A stretch of 64,000 nucleotides of DNA from Methylotenera sp. Lineage in GTDB: Bacteria > Pseudomonadota > Gammaproteobacteria > Burkholderiales > Methylophilaceae. The stretch is from the NCBI GenBank assembly GCA_036567185.1, contig DATCVB010000026.1:4935-68934 (forward strand), given 5' to 3'. This document shows, one piece after another, positions 1 to 10,260 of the stretch. The stretch's first letter is position 1; each line of letters opens with the position of its first letter. Below the pieces are notes generated by a model, which saw only the letters and a list, made by a program, of their open reading frames with translations, did not search any database and was not told the origin of the DNA. Made by a program: the position numbers and the translations under genes.

Positions 1-27
1 GTCATACCAACGCAGGCTGGTACCTAG
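1..27. repeat. Degenerate REP/dRS3-like short palindromic repeat (possibly truncated by the window edge)
   Basis: GTCATACCAACGCAGGCTGGTACCTAG resembles the GTCAT(T/A)CCCGCG(C/A)AGGCGGG(A/T)ATCCAG repeat class; only one degenerate copy in the window. Confidence 0.3.
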
Positions 28-133
28 ACAAGATTTGTGATTAAAGACGTTCTATTTTCATAAAAAATATCACTATCATTTTAGTCTTTACATATATCAC
101 CATACGATGATTAAGAAATTCAATGTTAGCGCA

Positions 134-1240
134 TCAAATAAGCTCCCGATAAAGTTTGGCATAAGACTCAATCATTTTATCGGCGGTAAAGTAATGCCAG
201 TAACGTTCTTCTGCATTTTTTCCCATCACCAAGGCCTGCTGCGGATGATCCCATAAATGCTGCATGGCTTGCCTGAGTGCCACCGGATCACTTGGTGGCA
301 CCACTAGCCCGGTTTTCCCACCAATATTAATAAAAGTTGTACCGGTACCAATCTCGCTCGAAATCATAGGCTTACCGAACATGGCACCTTCCAGCAATGA
401 AATGCCAAAAGCCTCGGAACGCAGATGGGAAGGAAACAGCACGCCGTAGCAAAGTATCAGTAAAGCTACCTTATCTTCATCCGGAAGCAGACCTAAAAAA
501 TGAATGTTTTTTAGTCCTAATTCTGCAACTTGAGCTTTCAGCTCAGCCTCAATGGGCCCAGCGCCAACAATTACAATGGGGTAATCAACTCCCTTTGCCG
601 CCTCGATTAAAATATGCAGACCCTTGTAATAGCGCAACACACCAACAAACAAATAAAAGCGATCTTTAAATTGCGTTCGCCAGTAGCGCAGGCGTTCTGC
701 TGTAGGCTCAGGATAGGATGCCTTGTCCAGACCGATAGGAATAACACTGACTTTATCTTTAAATTCGGTCAGCACATCACTGGTGGCAAAGTAATTTGGC
801 GAGGATGCTACGATACGATCTACACTGGATAAAAACTTGCGTTGCAGCGGGCTATAGATCTTGAGTAAGTTTTTCTGACGGATGATATCGGAGTGGTATG
901 AAACCACCGTTGGTTTTTTTACACCGGTAGCAAAATGTACAACATCCATAAACGGCCAGGGAAAATGGTAGTGAATGATGTCAGCCTCTTTGGCCAGCGC
1001 TGCAAATTTTCTGAAACAGGAAAATGAGAATGGTGTTGATGCAATCTGGAAATCGACTTTAGCTCGGTAAGCTTGATGCTCGTCCATTTGCGTGACTTGA
1101 TCATCAGCATGCTCGCTTAAAAAAAGAACAGTACTTTCTATTTCATAACGCTTACCGCCGCGTGCCAGCTGAAAAATAAACTGTTCGATACCACCCATGG
1201 TGTCAGGAAGATAGGTCTTGAAAAAGTGCAAAATTTTCAA
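134..1240 (-). CDS. Glycosyltransferase family 4 (WbpZ/WbdC-like O-polysaccharide rhamnosyl/mannosyltransferase)
   Basis: GT4 motifs GGIEQ, HYHFPWP, GVLRYYKG, EAFGISLLE. Start moved to TTG at 1240, giving a TTGA overlap with the stop of the upstream gene. Confidence 0.85.
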   Translation of the reverse strand: MKILHFFKTYLPDTMGGIEQFIFQLARGGKRYEIESTVLFLSEHADDQVTQMDEHQAYRAKVDFQIASTPFSFSCFRKFAALAKEADIIHYHFPWPFMDVVHFATGVKKPTVVSYHSDIIRQKNLLKIYSPLQRKFLSSVDRIVASSPNYFATSDVLTEFKDKVSVIPIGLDKASYPEPTAERLRYWRTQFKDRFYLFVGVLRYYKGLHILIEAAKGVDYPIVIVGAGPIEAELKAQVAELGLKNIHFLGLLPDEDKVALLILCYGVLFPSHLRSEAFGISLLEGAMFGKPMISSEIGTGTTFINIGGKTGLVVPPSDPVALRQAMQHLWDHPQQALVMGKNAEERYWHYFTADKMIESYAKLYRELI

Positions 1241-2409
1241 ACCAAATCCCTTGCAGCAAGCTCGCGGTAGACCTGAATTGTCTGTTCTGCGCACTTATCC
1301 CAGCTGAAAGTAGCTGCTCGATGCAGCCCCTTAATAATGGCATTTGCTCTCCAGTCAACATCCTCCAAACCTCTGCTTATCAACTGTCGTAGAGTGTCAA
1401 TATCGTCGTGATCACATGTCAGGGCAGTATCGCCTACTACTTCTGGTAATGAGGATGAGTTAGAACAGACCACTGGCACTCCACTCGCCATTGACTCCAG
1501 AACGGGCAAGCCGAAGCCTTCATAATGTGAAGGGAAAACAAATAACCGTGCACCCGCATACAAATACGGGAGATCTTCATTCGTCACATAGCCCAGATAA
1601 TACGCCCAGCCTGCATCTACCGCAGCCTTGATGCGCGCATGCAGCTTTTCACTCTGCCATCCATGAAAACCTGCTATCACCAGCGGCCATTGTCGACGCG
1701 TAGCTTCCGGCAATGCCGAGTATGCATCCAGAAGTCCATCAATATTCTTGCGTGGCTCAACCGTACCTGTAAACAATGTATAGCCTCCATATTTTAAACC
1801 GTGGAGCTTCAATACCGGGCTGGTTTCAATCTCGCTACGAGGGTGAAATTCGCCAGAACAAGCTAACGGGATGACGCGGATTTTTTCAATCGGATACCCG
1901 AACTGAGACGCTATCTCGCGCTGCGCAGATGTCGAGACTGTAATCAGCATAGAAGCACGCTCCATTGCCAGTTTCATCTGTCGCTGCATAAATCTGACAC
2001 GCTCCGGCGGATGATACTGCGCAAACGTAAACACTGAGATATCATGAAAGGTAGCCACACTAGGGCCATCAAAGTCAGTTAAATAGAAATTTGGACCATG
2101 AAAAACCGCGTCTTTATGCTTCTGCAGTGCATGCTGACTGATAATGTCTTTAATCGCTTTTGCAGCTTCTACGGCAATATAACTTTTACGCAAGCGTTGA
2201 TACAGCCAGCTTTTAACGTTAGGTAAAATGTTCTGCTTTGCCGATGTGTTGGGTGCATGAGCAGGCAATTCAGCCACGAACCTGTCGTTTGATAAAAGCA
2301 AAAGCTCTAATTCAGCGCGTGTTTGCAACCTGCTGGCTAGCTCATAGGTGTAGCGACCAATACCCGTAAGCGGGTACTTAACCGAGTCAACTGAAAGAAT
2401 GACTTTCAT
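1237..2409 (-). CDS. Glycosyltransferase family 4 (WbpY/WbdB-like)
   Basis: TGIGRY N-terminus, GTVEPRKN, EGFGLPVLE, SSLPEV. Confidence 0.85.
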   Translation of the reverse strand: MKVILSVDSVKYPLTGIGRYTYELASRLQTRAELELLLLSNDRFVAELPAHAPNTSAKQNILPNVKSWLYQRLRKSYIAVEAAKAIKDIISQHALQKHKDAVFHGPNFYLTDFDGPSVATFHDISVFTFAQYHPPERVRFMQRQMKLAMERASMLITVSTSAQREIASQFGYPIEKIRVIPLACSGEFHPRSEIETSPVLKLHGLKYGGYTLFTGTVEPRKNIDGLLDAYSALPEATRRQWPLVIAGFHGWQSEKLHARIKAAVDAGWAYYLGYVTNEDLPYLYAGARLFVFPSHYEGFGLPVLESMASGVPVVCSNSSSLPEVVGDTALTCDHDDIDTLRQLISRGLEDVDWRANAIIKGLHRAATFSWDKCAEQTIQVYRELAARDLV

Positions 2410-2656
2410 ATTATTTTTTTAACATTCTAGGTAATCTTACTTTAAGGTGAGCATGACAATATTCTGAATAACATTGTGGAATCAGGCGTAATCACATCAA
2501 TACCCTCAACAGCATTATACTAAACAATGGTTTTGGTGAAAGGTGCTGGCACAAACTCTCTGACGCCCGCCTCTACACAACGCGACCAGTCAATTCATAC
2601 CAGAAGTATTTAAGCGCTTACTTTTTACTATTGTTCTGTCAGGTGCAATTTTTCAG

Positions 2657-3823
2657 TTAATCGTTACCGAACAAATCGCGGGTAAATATCTTGTCACTCA
2701 CATCAGCAAGATCATCCGCCAGGCGATTAGCGACAATGATGTCTGCTTTAGCCTTAAACGCCTGCAAGTCGTTGATAACTTCAGAATGGAAGAATTCCTT
2801 CTCTATAAGGGTCGGCTCATAGATAATAACTTCAATCCCCCTTGCCTTGATGCGCTTCATAATACCCTGAATACTGGAAGCCCGAAAATTATCAGATCCG
2901 GCTTTCATAATAAGGCGATAGATACCTACCACCTGTGGATTGCGCTTCATGATGGATTGGGCAATAAAATCCTTACGCGTAGTATTAGACTTAACAATCG
3001 CTTTAATGAGATTTTGTGGCACATCGATGTAATTCGCCAGTAACTGCTTGGTATCTTTAGGTAAACAGTAACCACCATAGCCAAAGGACGGGTTATTGTA
3101 ATGTGAGCCAATACGTGGGTCCAGGCCGACACCATCAATGATCTGTTTGCTGTCCAGCCCGTGAGAAATGGCATAAGTGTCCAGCTCGTTAAAATATGAC
3201 ACGCGCATCGCCAGGTAGGTATTGGCAAAGAGCTTAATCGCCTCGGCTTCGGTCGGGTCTGTAAACAGCACCGGAATATCCTGCTTGATAGCGCCCTGCT
3301 GGAGCAGTTTGGCAAAAACCTCTGCGCGCGCTGAGCGCTCACCGACTACGATGCGAGAAGGGTGCAAATTGTCGTAAAGCGCACGACCCTCACGTAGAAA
3401 CTCCGGTGAAAAAATAAGCTTATCACAGCCAAGCGTCTGTTTTGTAGCAAGCGTATAGCCTACCGGCACAGTCGACTTGATAACCATGACTGCATCAGGA
3501 TTAATCGCCATCACATCACGGATAACTGCCTCAATACTGCTAGTGTTGAAATAGTTGGATTCAGGGTCATAGTCAGTCGGCGTCGCGATAATAACAAAGT
3601 CAGCTCCGGCATAAGCATCATGCTTATCCAGTGTGGCTCTGAAATTAAGCGGCTTATTTTTAATATAGTCCTCAAGCTCAGAATCAACAATCGGTGACTG
3701 CTTGCGATTGATCATGGCTACCTTTTCAGGGAGGATGTCAAGCGCAACGACCTCATGGTGCTGTGATAACAGCACGCCATTAGACATGCCAACATACCCG
3801 GTTCCTGCTATCGCTATTTTCAT
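2657..3823 (-). CDS. ugd: UDP-glucose 6-dehydrogenase
   Basis: [12 protein letters not shown]ossmann motif, FSPEFLREG, catalytic [13 protein letters not shown] at 3823. Confidence 0.95.
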   Translation of the reverse strand: MKIAIAGTGYVGMSNGVLLSQHHEVVALDILPEKVAMINRKQSPIVDSELEDYIKNKPLNFRATLDKHDAYAGADFVIIATPTDYDPESNYFNTSSIEAVIRDVMAINPDAVMVIKSTVPVGYTLATKQTLGCDKLIFSPEFLREGRALYDNLHPSRIVVGERSARAEVFAKLLQQGAIKQDIPVLFTDPTEAEAIKLFANTYLAMRVSYFNELDTYAISHGLDSKQIIDGVGLDPRIGSHYNNPSFGYGGYCLPKDTKQLLANYIDVPQNLIKAIVKSNTTRKDFIAQSIMKRNPQVVGIYRLIMKAGSDNFRASSIQGIMKRIKARGIEVIIYEPTLIEKEFFHSEVINDLQAFKAKADIIVANRLADDLADVSDKIFTRDLFGND

Positions 3824-3851
3824 GCTTCTTAATATTTCCAAAATAAATTAG

Positions 3852-5909
3852 TTATTCTGATGTCCATTCAATTTCTAATGGGGAAATGCCAATATCATGG
3901 CCCCAAAATGCAAATTCCTGAACTATAGATATTTGTAGTTTTTGCCCACCTTCAACCGATTCCGGTTGCACAGGTACTCTAACATTAACACTACCATTGG
4001 CAGGTATATCATAAGGGATACTTTTACGCCTATCCCATCCTGATAGCGGACTCCCATCCGCACCAATAAACCGCCATGATAATCGAAGCGGTTTATTAAC
4101 AGCAGAGGCAGCCGATATATGCAAATCTCCATTATTCTTAACTTTGATCTCTACATATTCTTTACCGGCGTATTTACTGCGTCCTACAAATTCAAATGAT
4201 AACCTTTTGATTTCACCTGGTGTGTATTCACGGTTAGAAACAGTGTATGGTCGCTTAACAAACCAATCAGGATTGCAATTAGAAAATCCAACAGGTACTA
4301 CGCGTTTTATTAAAGCCAGATAGGCATCATTATTGTTAGGCTGCCCAATAAAGCCGAGATACTGCTGAATGCGCTGCGGTAACTCTGCACAGTCATTACC
4401 GAAATCTACAGAATAACCGGGTGGGTATAAACCACTATATCCATTAAGTGTCGGCAAGCCATGATTAAATGCTGCCCACATCGCATCCAGCTCATCGAAA
4501 GAAAATACATCGCCTTTCTGCGCATAAAACAATATTGCATTTTGTGGAAGGTTAGCCAGCATGGCAAGCTCACTGGCGGCCAACCTATTGCGCCACTCTG
4601 CTTTAGAAGTCCTTCCCGGTGGTATGGCAGAAAACTCCAGTAGCAGCAACGGAATAATAATAAACAACGTCTTCTGCTGCCAATAGCCTTTTAATCTAAG
4701 CCTATCTACTGCAATAGCACTTAAAAAAGCCACTGGAAACAAAAATACTAAAATGATACGTGTCATAGCGCGTATGGCTGAAGCTAATGGGAGCTTTGAA
4801 AAAACATACCAGAGACTAACGCCTCCAATTGAGAGTGTTAACAACAGCAACAAAATTAAAGAGCCGCTTATAAGAGGAAAAGCCAACCTCTTATTTTGCC
4901 TGCGGCCTATAAGGAAGCCGCTAATGGCTAACAGCATGGGTACCGCACCAATAAACATCTGATGCTCATGGCGCATCGGTAGATCAGCAAATATTTTAGA
5001 CTGTGATGCCCATAGCGTGGACTGGTCGACCAGAAAATAACTTTCCAGCCTAGGCAGCATAGTCGATATTTCCTGCCAAGGCCTCTTCGCGTCGTATAGA
5101 ACACTAATCTGTAAATACGGATAAAACAGAAGTGCTGTTAAGAGAAACAGAACAACAAAAATAACAATAAGTTTAGTTTTTTCAGGATAAGGCAGCCGAG
5201 CAAACTTATTTAAAAAATCAATGCTTATTGTTTTAATACCACCGGCACCGGCTTTTAATGAAATAAACACATAAATGCAAGTCATTGCGGCAAGCGTTAA
5301 TAATAGAAAAAAACCGATGTATATCGTGCAATAGAACTGCCAGACCAGCCAAGCAGAACCCACAGCAAAACATCGCCAATCTTTTCTGTCCAGAAAATGA
5401 ATGTACGCTGCAATCGATAACGGGACAGCAAAGCGGTAATGCAACTGAGCATGGCCGGAATGCGCGGTAACAGGTAATGCAAATGCGAATATCAATGCCC
5501 CAACAACAGCAGCCAACACACTTGCATCCAGCTTGCGAAGCGCATAGTAAGCTGCAGCATAATTAGCAAAATAACCAAATAAATACCATATTTGAAAAGC
5601 CGTATCTGCCTGACCGCTGATCGCCCTTGGGATCAGGTAAGCTGGTGACGTACCGAAATGATTGTCACTGAAACCCAAAACATAAGGAAATGGATAAAAG
5701 AAATTTAAATGAAAAAGAGAGGGGGAGTTTCCTTGTATGTACTGATATATATTTTCCAGAAAATAGTTATTTAAACGCGCATCACCTAAACCACCAGGCA
5801 TTAAGAGCATGTCACCGAGCTGTGCATAAGGCACAGAAAAGAATGCAGCAATAAAAAAAACCCAGAAGATCACTGATTTTTTTATTGCCTCTGAATAACT
5901 AAAAGTCAT
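3852..5909 (-). CDS. Polytopic membrane protein, putative GT-C/YfhO-like lipid-phosphate-sugar glycosyltransferase with C-terminal Ig-like domain
   Basis: About 11-13 hydrophobic segments, GD in the first loop, FYP...FSD, NGYSG motif after the last TM, beta-rich C-terminus (VKVKNNG..LSWRF..IVQEFAFW); lies in a gtrA/gtrB operon. Confidence 0.6.
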   Translation of the reverse strand: MTFSYSEAIKKSVIFWVFFIAAFFSVPYAQLGDMLLMPGGLGDARLNNYFLENIYQYIQGNSPSLFHLNFFYPFPYVLGFSDNHFGTSPAYLIPRAISGQADTAFQIWYLFGYFANYAAAYYALRKLDASVLAAVVGALIFAFALPVTAHSGHAQLHYRFAVPLSIAAYIHFLDRKDWRCFAVGSAWLVWQFYCTIYIGFFLLLTLAAMTCIYVFISLKAGAGGIKTISIDFLNKFARLPYPEKTKLIVIFVVLFLLTALLFYPYLQISVLYDAKRPWQEISTMLPRLESYFLVDQSTLWASQSKIFADLPMRHEHQMFIGAVPMLLAISGFLIGRRQNKRLAFPLISGSLILLLLLTLSIGGVSLWYVFSKLPLASAIRAMTRIILVFLFPVAFLSAIAVDRLRLKGYWQQKTLFIIIPLLLLEFSAIPPGRTSKAEWRNRLAASELAMLANLPQNAILFYAQKGDVFSFDELDAMWAAFNHGLPTLNGYSGLYPPGYSVDFGNDCAELPQRIQQYLGFIGQPNNNDAYLALIKRVVPVGFSNCNPDWFVKRPYTVSNREYTPGEIKRLSFEFVGRSKYAGKEYVEIKVKNNGDLHISAASAVNKPLRLSWRFIGADGSPLSGWDRRKSIPYDIPANGSVNVRVPVQPESVEGGQKLQISIVQEFAFWGHDIGISPLEIEWTSE

Positions 5910-7257
5910 CTGCTCGGCTATTTGTAATTAAGAGTGTTGTGAATTTTCTTAACTTAAAATCACGGCTGATGATTTTTAATAAAAAATAGCCAACCACGAC
6001 CAACTGCCATATTGCAAAAAGCAATCTTTCGCCACCGAAATCAAGCGTTCTGGAAACAAAGGGTCTCCAGAGCGCGCTGAATTCAGGAACATACCAGCAC
6101 AAAAATTCCAATTGAAAATTATTGATCCAACACTCATTCATATTTTGCTGGCCAAAAATATAACCATTGGTAGCTACCCATGCGGACAATATAAACACGC
6201 AACTGAATATTGCAGATGCGGTCGGCGTAAAGTGCGTTTTTTCATCAAAAAATGCAGCAAGCGCTATAGAGGCTGGGAATATCAGAATAAGGAAAAATCT
6301 TGGCCCCCAGAAGCTACCGCCATACCAGGACCACCATTTACTATAAACAAGAATCAGAGAAATACAGAAAACAACAATGATCACTCTCTCTTTTTTACCC
6401 AAACGCAATTTTTCCAGAATTGCAGGGTGAAACAGCAAGATCAGGCCCGGGATAAAAAACAGCAGCCCTTTGCCAAATGAAAACAATATAGATACGACTC
6501 CGAAGAATAGAGGATAACTAAACCCTGGATTGCCAGAGTATGGCAGAACTGTCTGAAATCCTTTTGAAACTAAATAAGGGTGTTTAGATAAGCCGAATTT
6601 CAGGTACATTTCCAACGCCATAATCAATGTAGCAAAAATTACGGCCGTAGCAAGCGTAAAGGTATAGTTGCGATCTATAGATCGTGTAACTAACATTGCC
6701 AGTACTGTCACAGCAGCAGGCACTATCATCACCGGCGTATTGGCTATACCCAAACCTATCAGGATAATCGCCAATAATTTTTTTTTATCAAACAAAAGTA
6801 GAAAGCCTGTCACCATCAGCATGCTGGTCAAAACCTCACCATAATAATGCTGCAAATGGTGAGGCAGCATTGATGCGGCGAGAAGAACCAACAGGAAACG
6901 TACTGCGAGTTTACATGAGTACATACGGCATAGCAGCGTACTAGCGGTAAAGCCAAGTATTAAAAAAACAAGGAAATTAAAATAAGCTACATAGGTGATG
7001 ACATCCTGTCCCGACCAAGCCGCTAGATATGCGATTGGCATGGATAGGAAAGGCTGAACCAATGAATATAAAATCGGCTGTATTTTTGCACTATCAAGCA
7101 TCGCCTGCACGATCTCATAGCGTATGGCACCATCACCGGAAACCATAGGGTTCAATGTGAATGCCATCAACATAAGTCCGGCCAAAAGCAGAAAAAACTC
7201 TATTCTGAGTGTATTAGTATCTCTGGCTAAACTTTGGGGCAAGCTATTTAACGGCAT
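5899..7257 (-). CDS. Polytopic membrane protein, putative second GT-C glycosyltransferase
   Basis: About 11 TM segments, GDG in the first loop, WWSWYGGSFWGPRF loop motif of the kind seen in GT-C-like proteins; overlaps both neighbouring genes. Confidence 0.5.
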   Translation of the reverse strand: MPLNSLPQSLARDTNTLRIEFFLLLAGLMLMAFTLNPMVSGDGAIRYEIVQAMLDSAKIQPILYSLVQPFLSMPIAYLAAWSGQDVITYVAYFNFLVFLILGFTASTLLCRMYSCKLAVRFLLVLLAASMLPHHLQHYYGEVLTSMLMVTGFLLLFDKKKLLAIILIGLGIANTPVMIVPAAVTVLAMLVTRSIDRNYTFTLATAVIFATLIMALEMYLKFGLSKHPYLVSKGFQTVLPYSGNPGFSYPLFFGVVSILFSFGKGLLFFIPGLILLFHPAILEKLRLGKKERVIIVVFCISLILVYSKWWSWYGGSFWGPRFFLILIFPASIALAAFFDEKTHFTPTASAIFSCVFILSAWVATNGYIFGQQNMNECWINNFQLEFLCWYVPEFSALWRPFVSRTLDFGGERLLFAIWQLVVVGYFLLKIISRDFKLRKFTTLLITNSRADDF

Positions 7258-7844
7258 GAATAATCGCTCGTAGCTGTACTACTTCTAAAAGGATTAATTA
7301 AATCGTCTGAATATTTACCCATAAGCAGACGCTGTTTTGGTAAAAAATTCTGACGAAATGACCGACTGAACCTAGCGATTTTATTGCCTTTTTCGGTCAA
7401 TTTTACACATCCATTCTCTATTTGAATTGTGCCTGACTCCAGTTGCTCAGTGAGCCTGACATCCACTAATCGATGCTCTTTCACATACTCTTTCGTAAAA
7501 ACCTGTTCGAAACTATCGAGCCTGATGCCGCCGCCGCGCTGCTGGATTTTTTCTAATAGATAAAAAGATAATGAACGGTCAATGACCGTTGGTACGGAAA
7601 TAGCAAACGCATAACCGGCAAGCAGCCAGATCAGAATCATCTGTGATTTTTCAAACAAATTGAATGAATTAAAATAAGCTGCAGCAAACAAAATCAACCC
7701 AGCAAGCAGTGTCGCCAATAGGCAATCAGCAATAGCCGCATAGAAAACGACATTAACGCTGAAGTAAGTGATATGAATGTAGTAGATGAGAAAAAGTAGC
7801 ATCACAAAAATAGCAGTTGCAATGGCTGAGCGAATCAATTTCAT
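7248..7844 (-). CDS. Hypothetical membrane protein (3 TM segments plus winged-helix-like C-terminal domain)
   Basis: 198-aa ORF; three hydrophobic N-terminal segments; C-terminal ...GTIQIENGCVKLTEKG; ATGA overlap with the gtrA-like gene. Confidence 0.7.
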   Translation of the reverse strand: MKLIRSAIATAIFVMLLFLIYYIHITYFSVNVVFYAAIADCLLATLLAGLILFAAAYFNSFNLFEKSQMILIWLLAGYAFAISVPTVIDRSLSFYLLEKIQQRGGGIRLDSFEQVFTKEYVKEHRLVDVRLTEQLESGTIQIENGCVKLTEKGNKIARFSRSFRQNFLPKQRLLMGKYSDDLINPFRSSTATSDYSCR

Positions 7845-8227
7845 ACGTTAAATACCAATTTTTTGTTACCCACATAACTAAGTGAGACTTGAAAAGCCGT
7901 GGCGATTAAAAAACCTACTCTGTAATCAAACCCTAGCCAGTCAGTCCACACCAATAGAACACTTCCGTGCAAAACGGCTATCGCTCCATACAGTCCACTA
8001 AATTTCAATGCCTGCGATAGTATGGCACCCTCTGTTTTGTTAAAAACGAAATAACGGCTGCCAAGAAAAGATACAGTAATGCCAAAAATTGCCGCTACAA
8101 GATTAGCCGCACCTGCAGAGGGCATGTCAAGCACATGCAAATTGAATGTCAACACACCATAATGTACGGCTGTCGCGACAAGGCCATTAATAATGTAACG
8201 CATCAACTCTGCATGTTGGCTTTTCAT
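7841..8227 (-). CDS. GtrA-family undecaprenyl-phosphate-sugar flippase
   Basis: 128 aa, 4 TM segments, RYIINGLVATAVH, SRYFVF, NKKLVF. Confidence 0.85.
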   Translation of the reverse strand: MKSQHAELMRYIINGLVATAVHYGVLTFNLHVLDMPSAGAANLVAAIFGITVSFLGSRYFVFNKTEGAILSQALKFSGLYGAIAVLHGSVLLVWTDWLGFDYRVGFLIATAFQVSLSYVGNKKLVFNV

Positions 8228-9189
8228 GTTTTATTCACATTACTGACTGTTTCAGTAACACTCTCAACAAAATCGTGATACGCCACCATAGTTGCCACTG
8301 TACCGCTTCGAATAACACCCGTCAGCATCAACGTCATGAGTGCGAGCGCACCTGTCTGCAGTAACATTAAAACCAATATACCAAGGGCTACAGAAAACCA
8401 GCCAGGAGTAGAGAATCCGAGCAATTTAAGCATAATAGCTGCAATAGCCCCTATCACAGAAAGTGCTGCTATCAATGCACAGGCAATACCCACACGTACC
8501 AGTACGTCTTCAGCAAACACCATCAAGCCCTTGAACCCGTGCAGCACCAGCCCGACAAAATTCATTTTTGACTGCCCTGCATAGCGCTCGCCACGATCCA
8601 GCGGACAAACTGCCGCTCTAAGCTTTGATGCCAGTACTGCGCCTGCTATGTGAATTGATAGCTCCTGCATGGCCACAAGCCGCTTAACAGAACTGGCTTT
8701 GAGTGCCATAAAGTTACCGAAACTGATGGCACGCCCTGTCATTATGCTGAAAAACAACTTATACACAGCGTAAAAAGCTTTAAAACGGAAGGTTTCAACG
8801 CGGCTCTTGCGCTGTGCCACTACGACATCAACATCAGCCGCTGCTAGTCGATTGAGTAAATCCGGGATCGTTGATGGTAAGTCTTCCCCATCAGAATCCA
8901 TGACTACAACTTTCTGTTCAGCTTGAATATACTCAGATACATAGCCCAAGCCAATGGCTATCGCACGCTGGTGGCCTACATTACGCCTAAGTTTGAGCAC
9001 AACGCCATCGATGCCTGAGTTCTGCAGGCTACTGATATTTAACGGCTGCTTTACCGAACCATCGTCCACTGCCACTACAAACACATCACGCTTGAACTGT
9101 ACTGACAACTCTCTGAACAGGCGGCTACTGGCTTCAACATCTTCATAAACAGGGGTAACAACTATCAGACTATGTTGAGCAAGCTTCAT
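8224..9189 (-). CDS. GT2 polyprenyl-phosphate glycosyltransferase (GtrB/ArnC-like)
   Basis: [26 protein letters not shown] (DxD), RYAGQSKM, two C-terminal TM helices. Confidence 0.85.
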   Translation of the reverse strand: MKLAQHSLIVVTPVYEDVEASSRLFRELSVQFKRDVFVVAVDDGSVKQPLNISSLQNSGIDGVVLKLRRNVGHQRAIAIGLGYVSEYIQAEQKVVVMDSDGEDLPSTIPDLLNRLAAADVDVVVAQRKSRVETFRFKAFYAVYKLFFSIMTGRAISFGNFMALKASSVKRLVAMQELSIHIAGAVLASKLRAAVCPLDRGERYAGQSKMNFVGLVLHGFKGLMVFAEDVLVRVGIACALIAALSVIGAIAAIMLKLLGFSTPGWFSVALGILVLMLLQTGALALMTLMLTGVIRSGTVATMVAYHDFVESVTETVSNVNKT

Positions 9190-10139
9190 AGTTCCATAAA
9201 CTCCCTGAAATAAACGATTGTTTTTTGTAAACCGGCTTCAAGTTCAACCTGAGGCTCCCAAGCCAAAGTTGCTCTGGCAACAGTGATATCAGGTTGACGT
9301 TGCTTAGGATCATCTTGCGGCAAAGGTTTTAATATCAATCTGGATGTTCCGCCTACCATCTTCAATATGGTTTCAGCTAGCTGTTTGATAGAAAACTCTC
9401 TGGGATTACCGATATTGATTGGGCCAGTGACTTCATGCGGGCTCGCCATCATACGCAAAAAACCTTCAATCAGATCATCTACATAACAGAAACTGCGGGT
9501 CTGTGAGCCATCGCCGTAAATAGTGATATCTTCACCACGTAACGCCTGCACTATAAAGTTACTGACTACACGGCCGTCATTAGGGTGCATGCGCGGGCCA
9601 TAGGTGTTAAAAATCCGCACCACCTTGATTTGGAGGTTGTGCTGACGGTGGTAATCGAAAAAAAGTGTTTCAGCGCAACGCTTGCCTTCATCGTAGCAAG
9701 AGCGAATACCGATTGGATTGACATGCCCCCAATAATCTTCTTTTTGTGGGTGCACTTCAGGATCTCCATACACCTCACTGGTTGAAGCCTGCAGAATTTT
9801 AGCTTTGGTTCTCTTGGCAAGCCCCAGCATATTAATGGCGCCGATCACACTGGTTTTTGTAGTCTGTACCGGATCCCATTGGTAATGAACCGGCGATGCC
9901 GGGCAAGCCAGGTTATAAATTTCATCAATTTCGATATAAAGCGGAAATGTCACATCATGACGCATCAATTCAAAATGCGGGTTTCCGATCAGATGCACGA
10001 TATTATCTTTGGTACCACTGTAAAAGTTGTCAACACAAAGAACATCGTTTCCTTCTTTCAGCAGGCGCTCACATAAATGCGAACCTAAAAAACCAGCACC
10101 GCCGGTCACCATGACTCTTTTTCGGTTAGAAACCCGCAT
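9186..10139 (-). CDS. UDP-glucuronic acid decarboxylase (UDP-xylose synthase, UXS1-like SDR)
   Basis: [39 protein letters not shown] (YxxxK), [19 protein letters not shown]; these match UXS1-family signatures. Confidence 0.9.
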   Translation of the reverse strand: MRVSNRKRVMVTGGAGFLGSHLCERLLKEGNDVLCVDNFYSGTKDNIVHLIGNPHFELMRHDVTFPLYIEIDEIYNLACPASPVHYQWDPVQTTKTSVIGAINMLGLAKRTKAKILQASTSEVYGDPEVHPQKEDYWGHVNPIGIRSCYDEGKRCAETLFFDYHRQHNLQIKVVRIFNTYGPRMHPNDGRVVSNFIVQALRGEDITIYGDGSQTRSFCYVDDLIEGFLRMMASPHEVTGPINIGNPREFSIKQLAETILKMVGGTSRLILKPLPQDDPKQRQPDITVARATLAWEPQVELEAGLQKTIVYFREFMEL

Positions 10140-10260
10140 TCAATTCCCCTATAAAAATTAATCCAACAAGCCTAATCTGTTAAACATTCACATAACAAGT
10201 GCAGGCCGATACAAACATCTGCAAATATAACTACCAATCTTATGCGTTTATGTCCATGAA

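Noticed and set aside
1241..1294. N-terminal extension of the first GT4 given by the ORF track
   Set aside because: It overlaps the upstream gene by 58 bp; the TTG at 1240 gives a typical MKILHF start with a 4-bp overlap
2410..2656. Possible transposase (RAYT) remnant in the ugd-GT4 spacer
   Set aside because: Only a vague VITPD similarity; no HUH motif and no sustained frame
7841..10139. Reading the cassette as an arn (L-Ara4N lipid A modification) operon
   Set aside because: No ArnB aminotransferase, formyltransferase domain or ArnD; the SDR is a stand-alone UXS1-type enzyme
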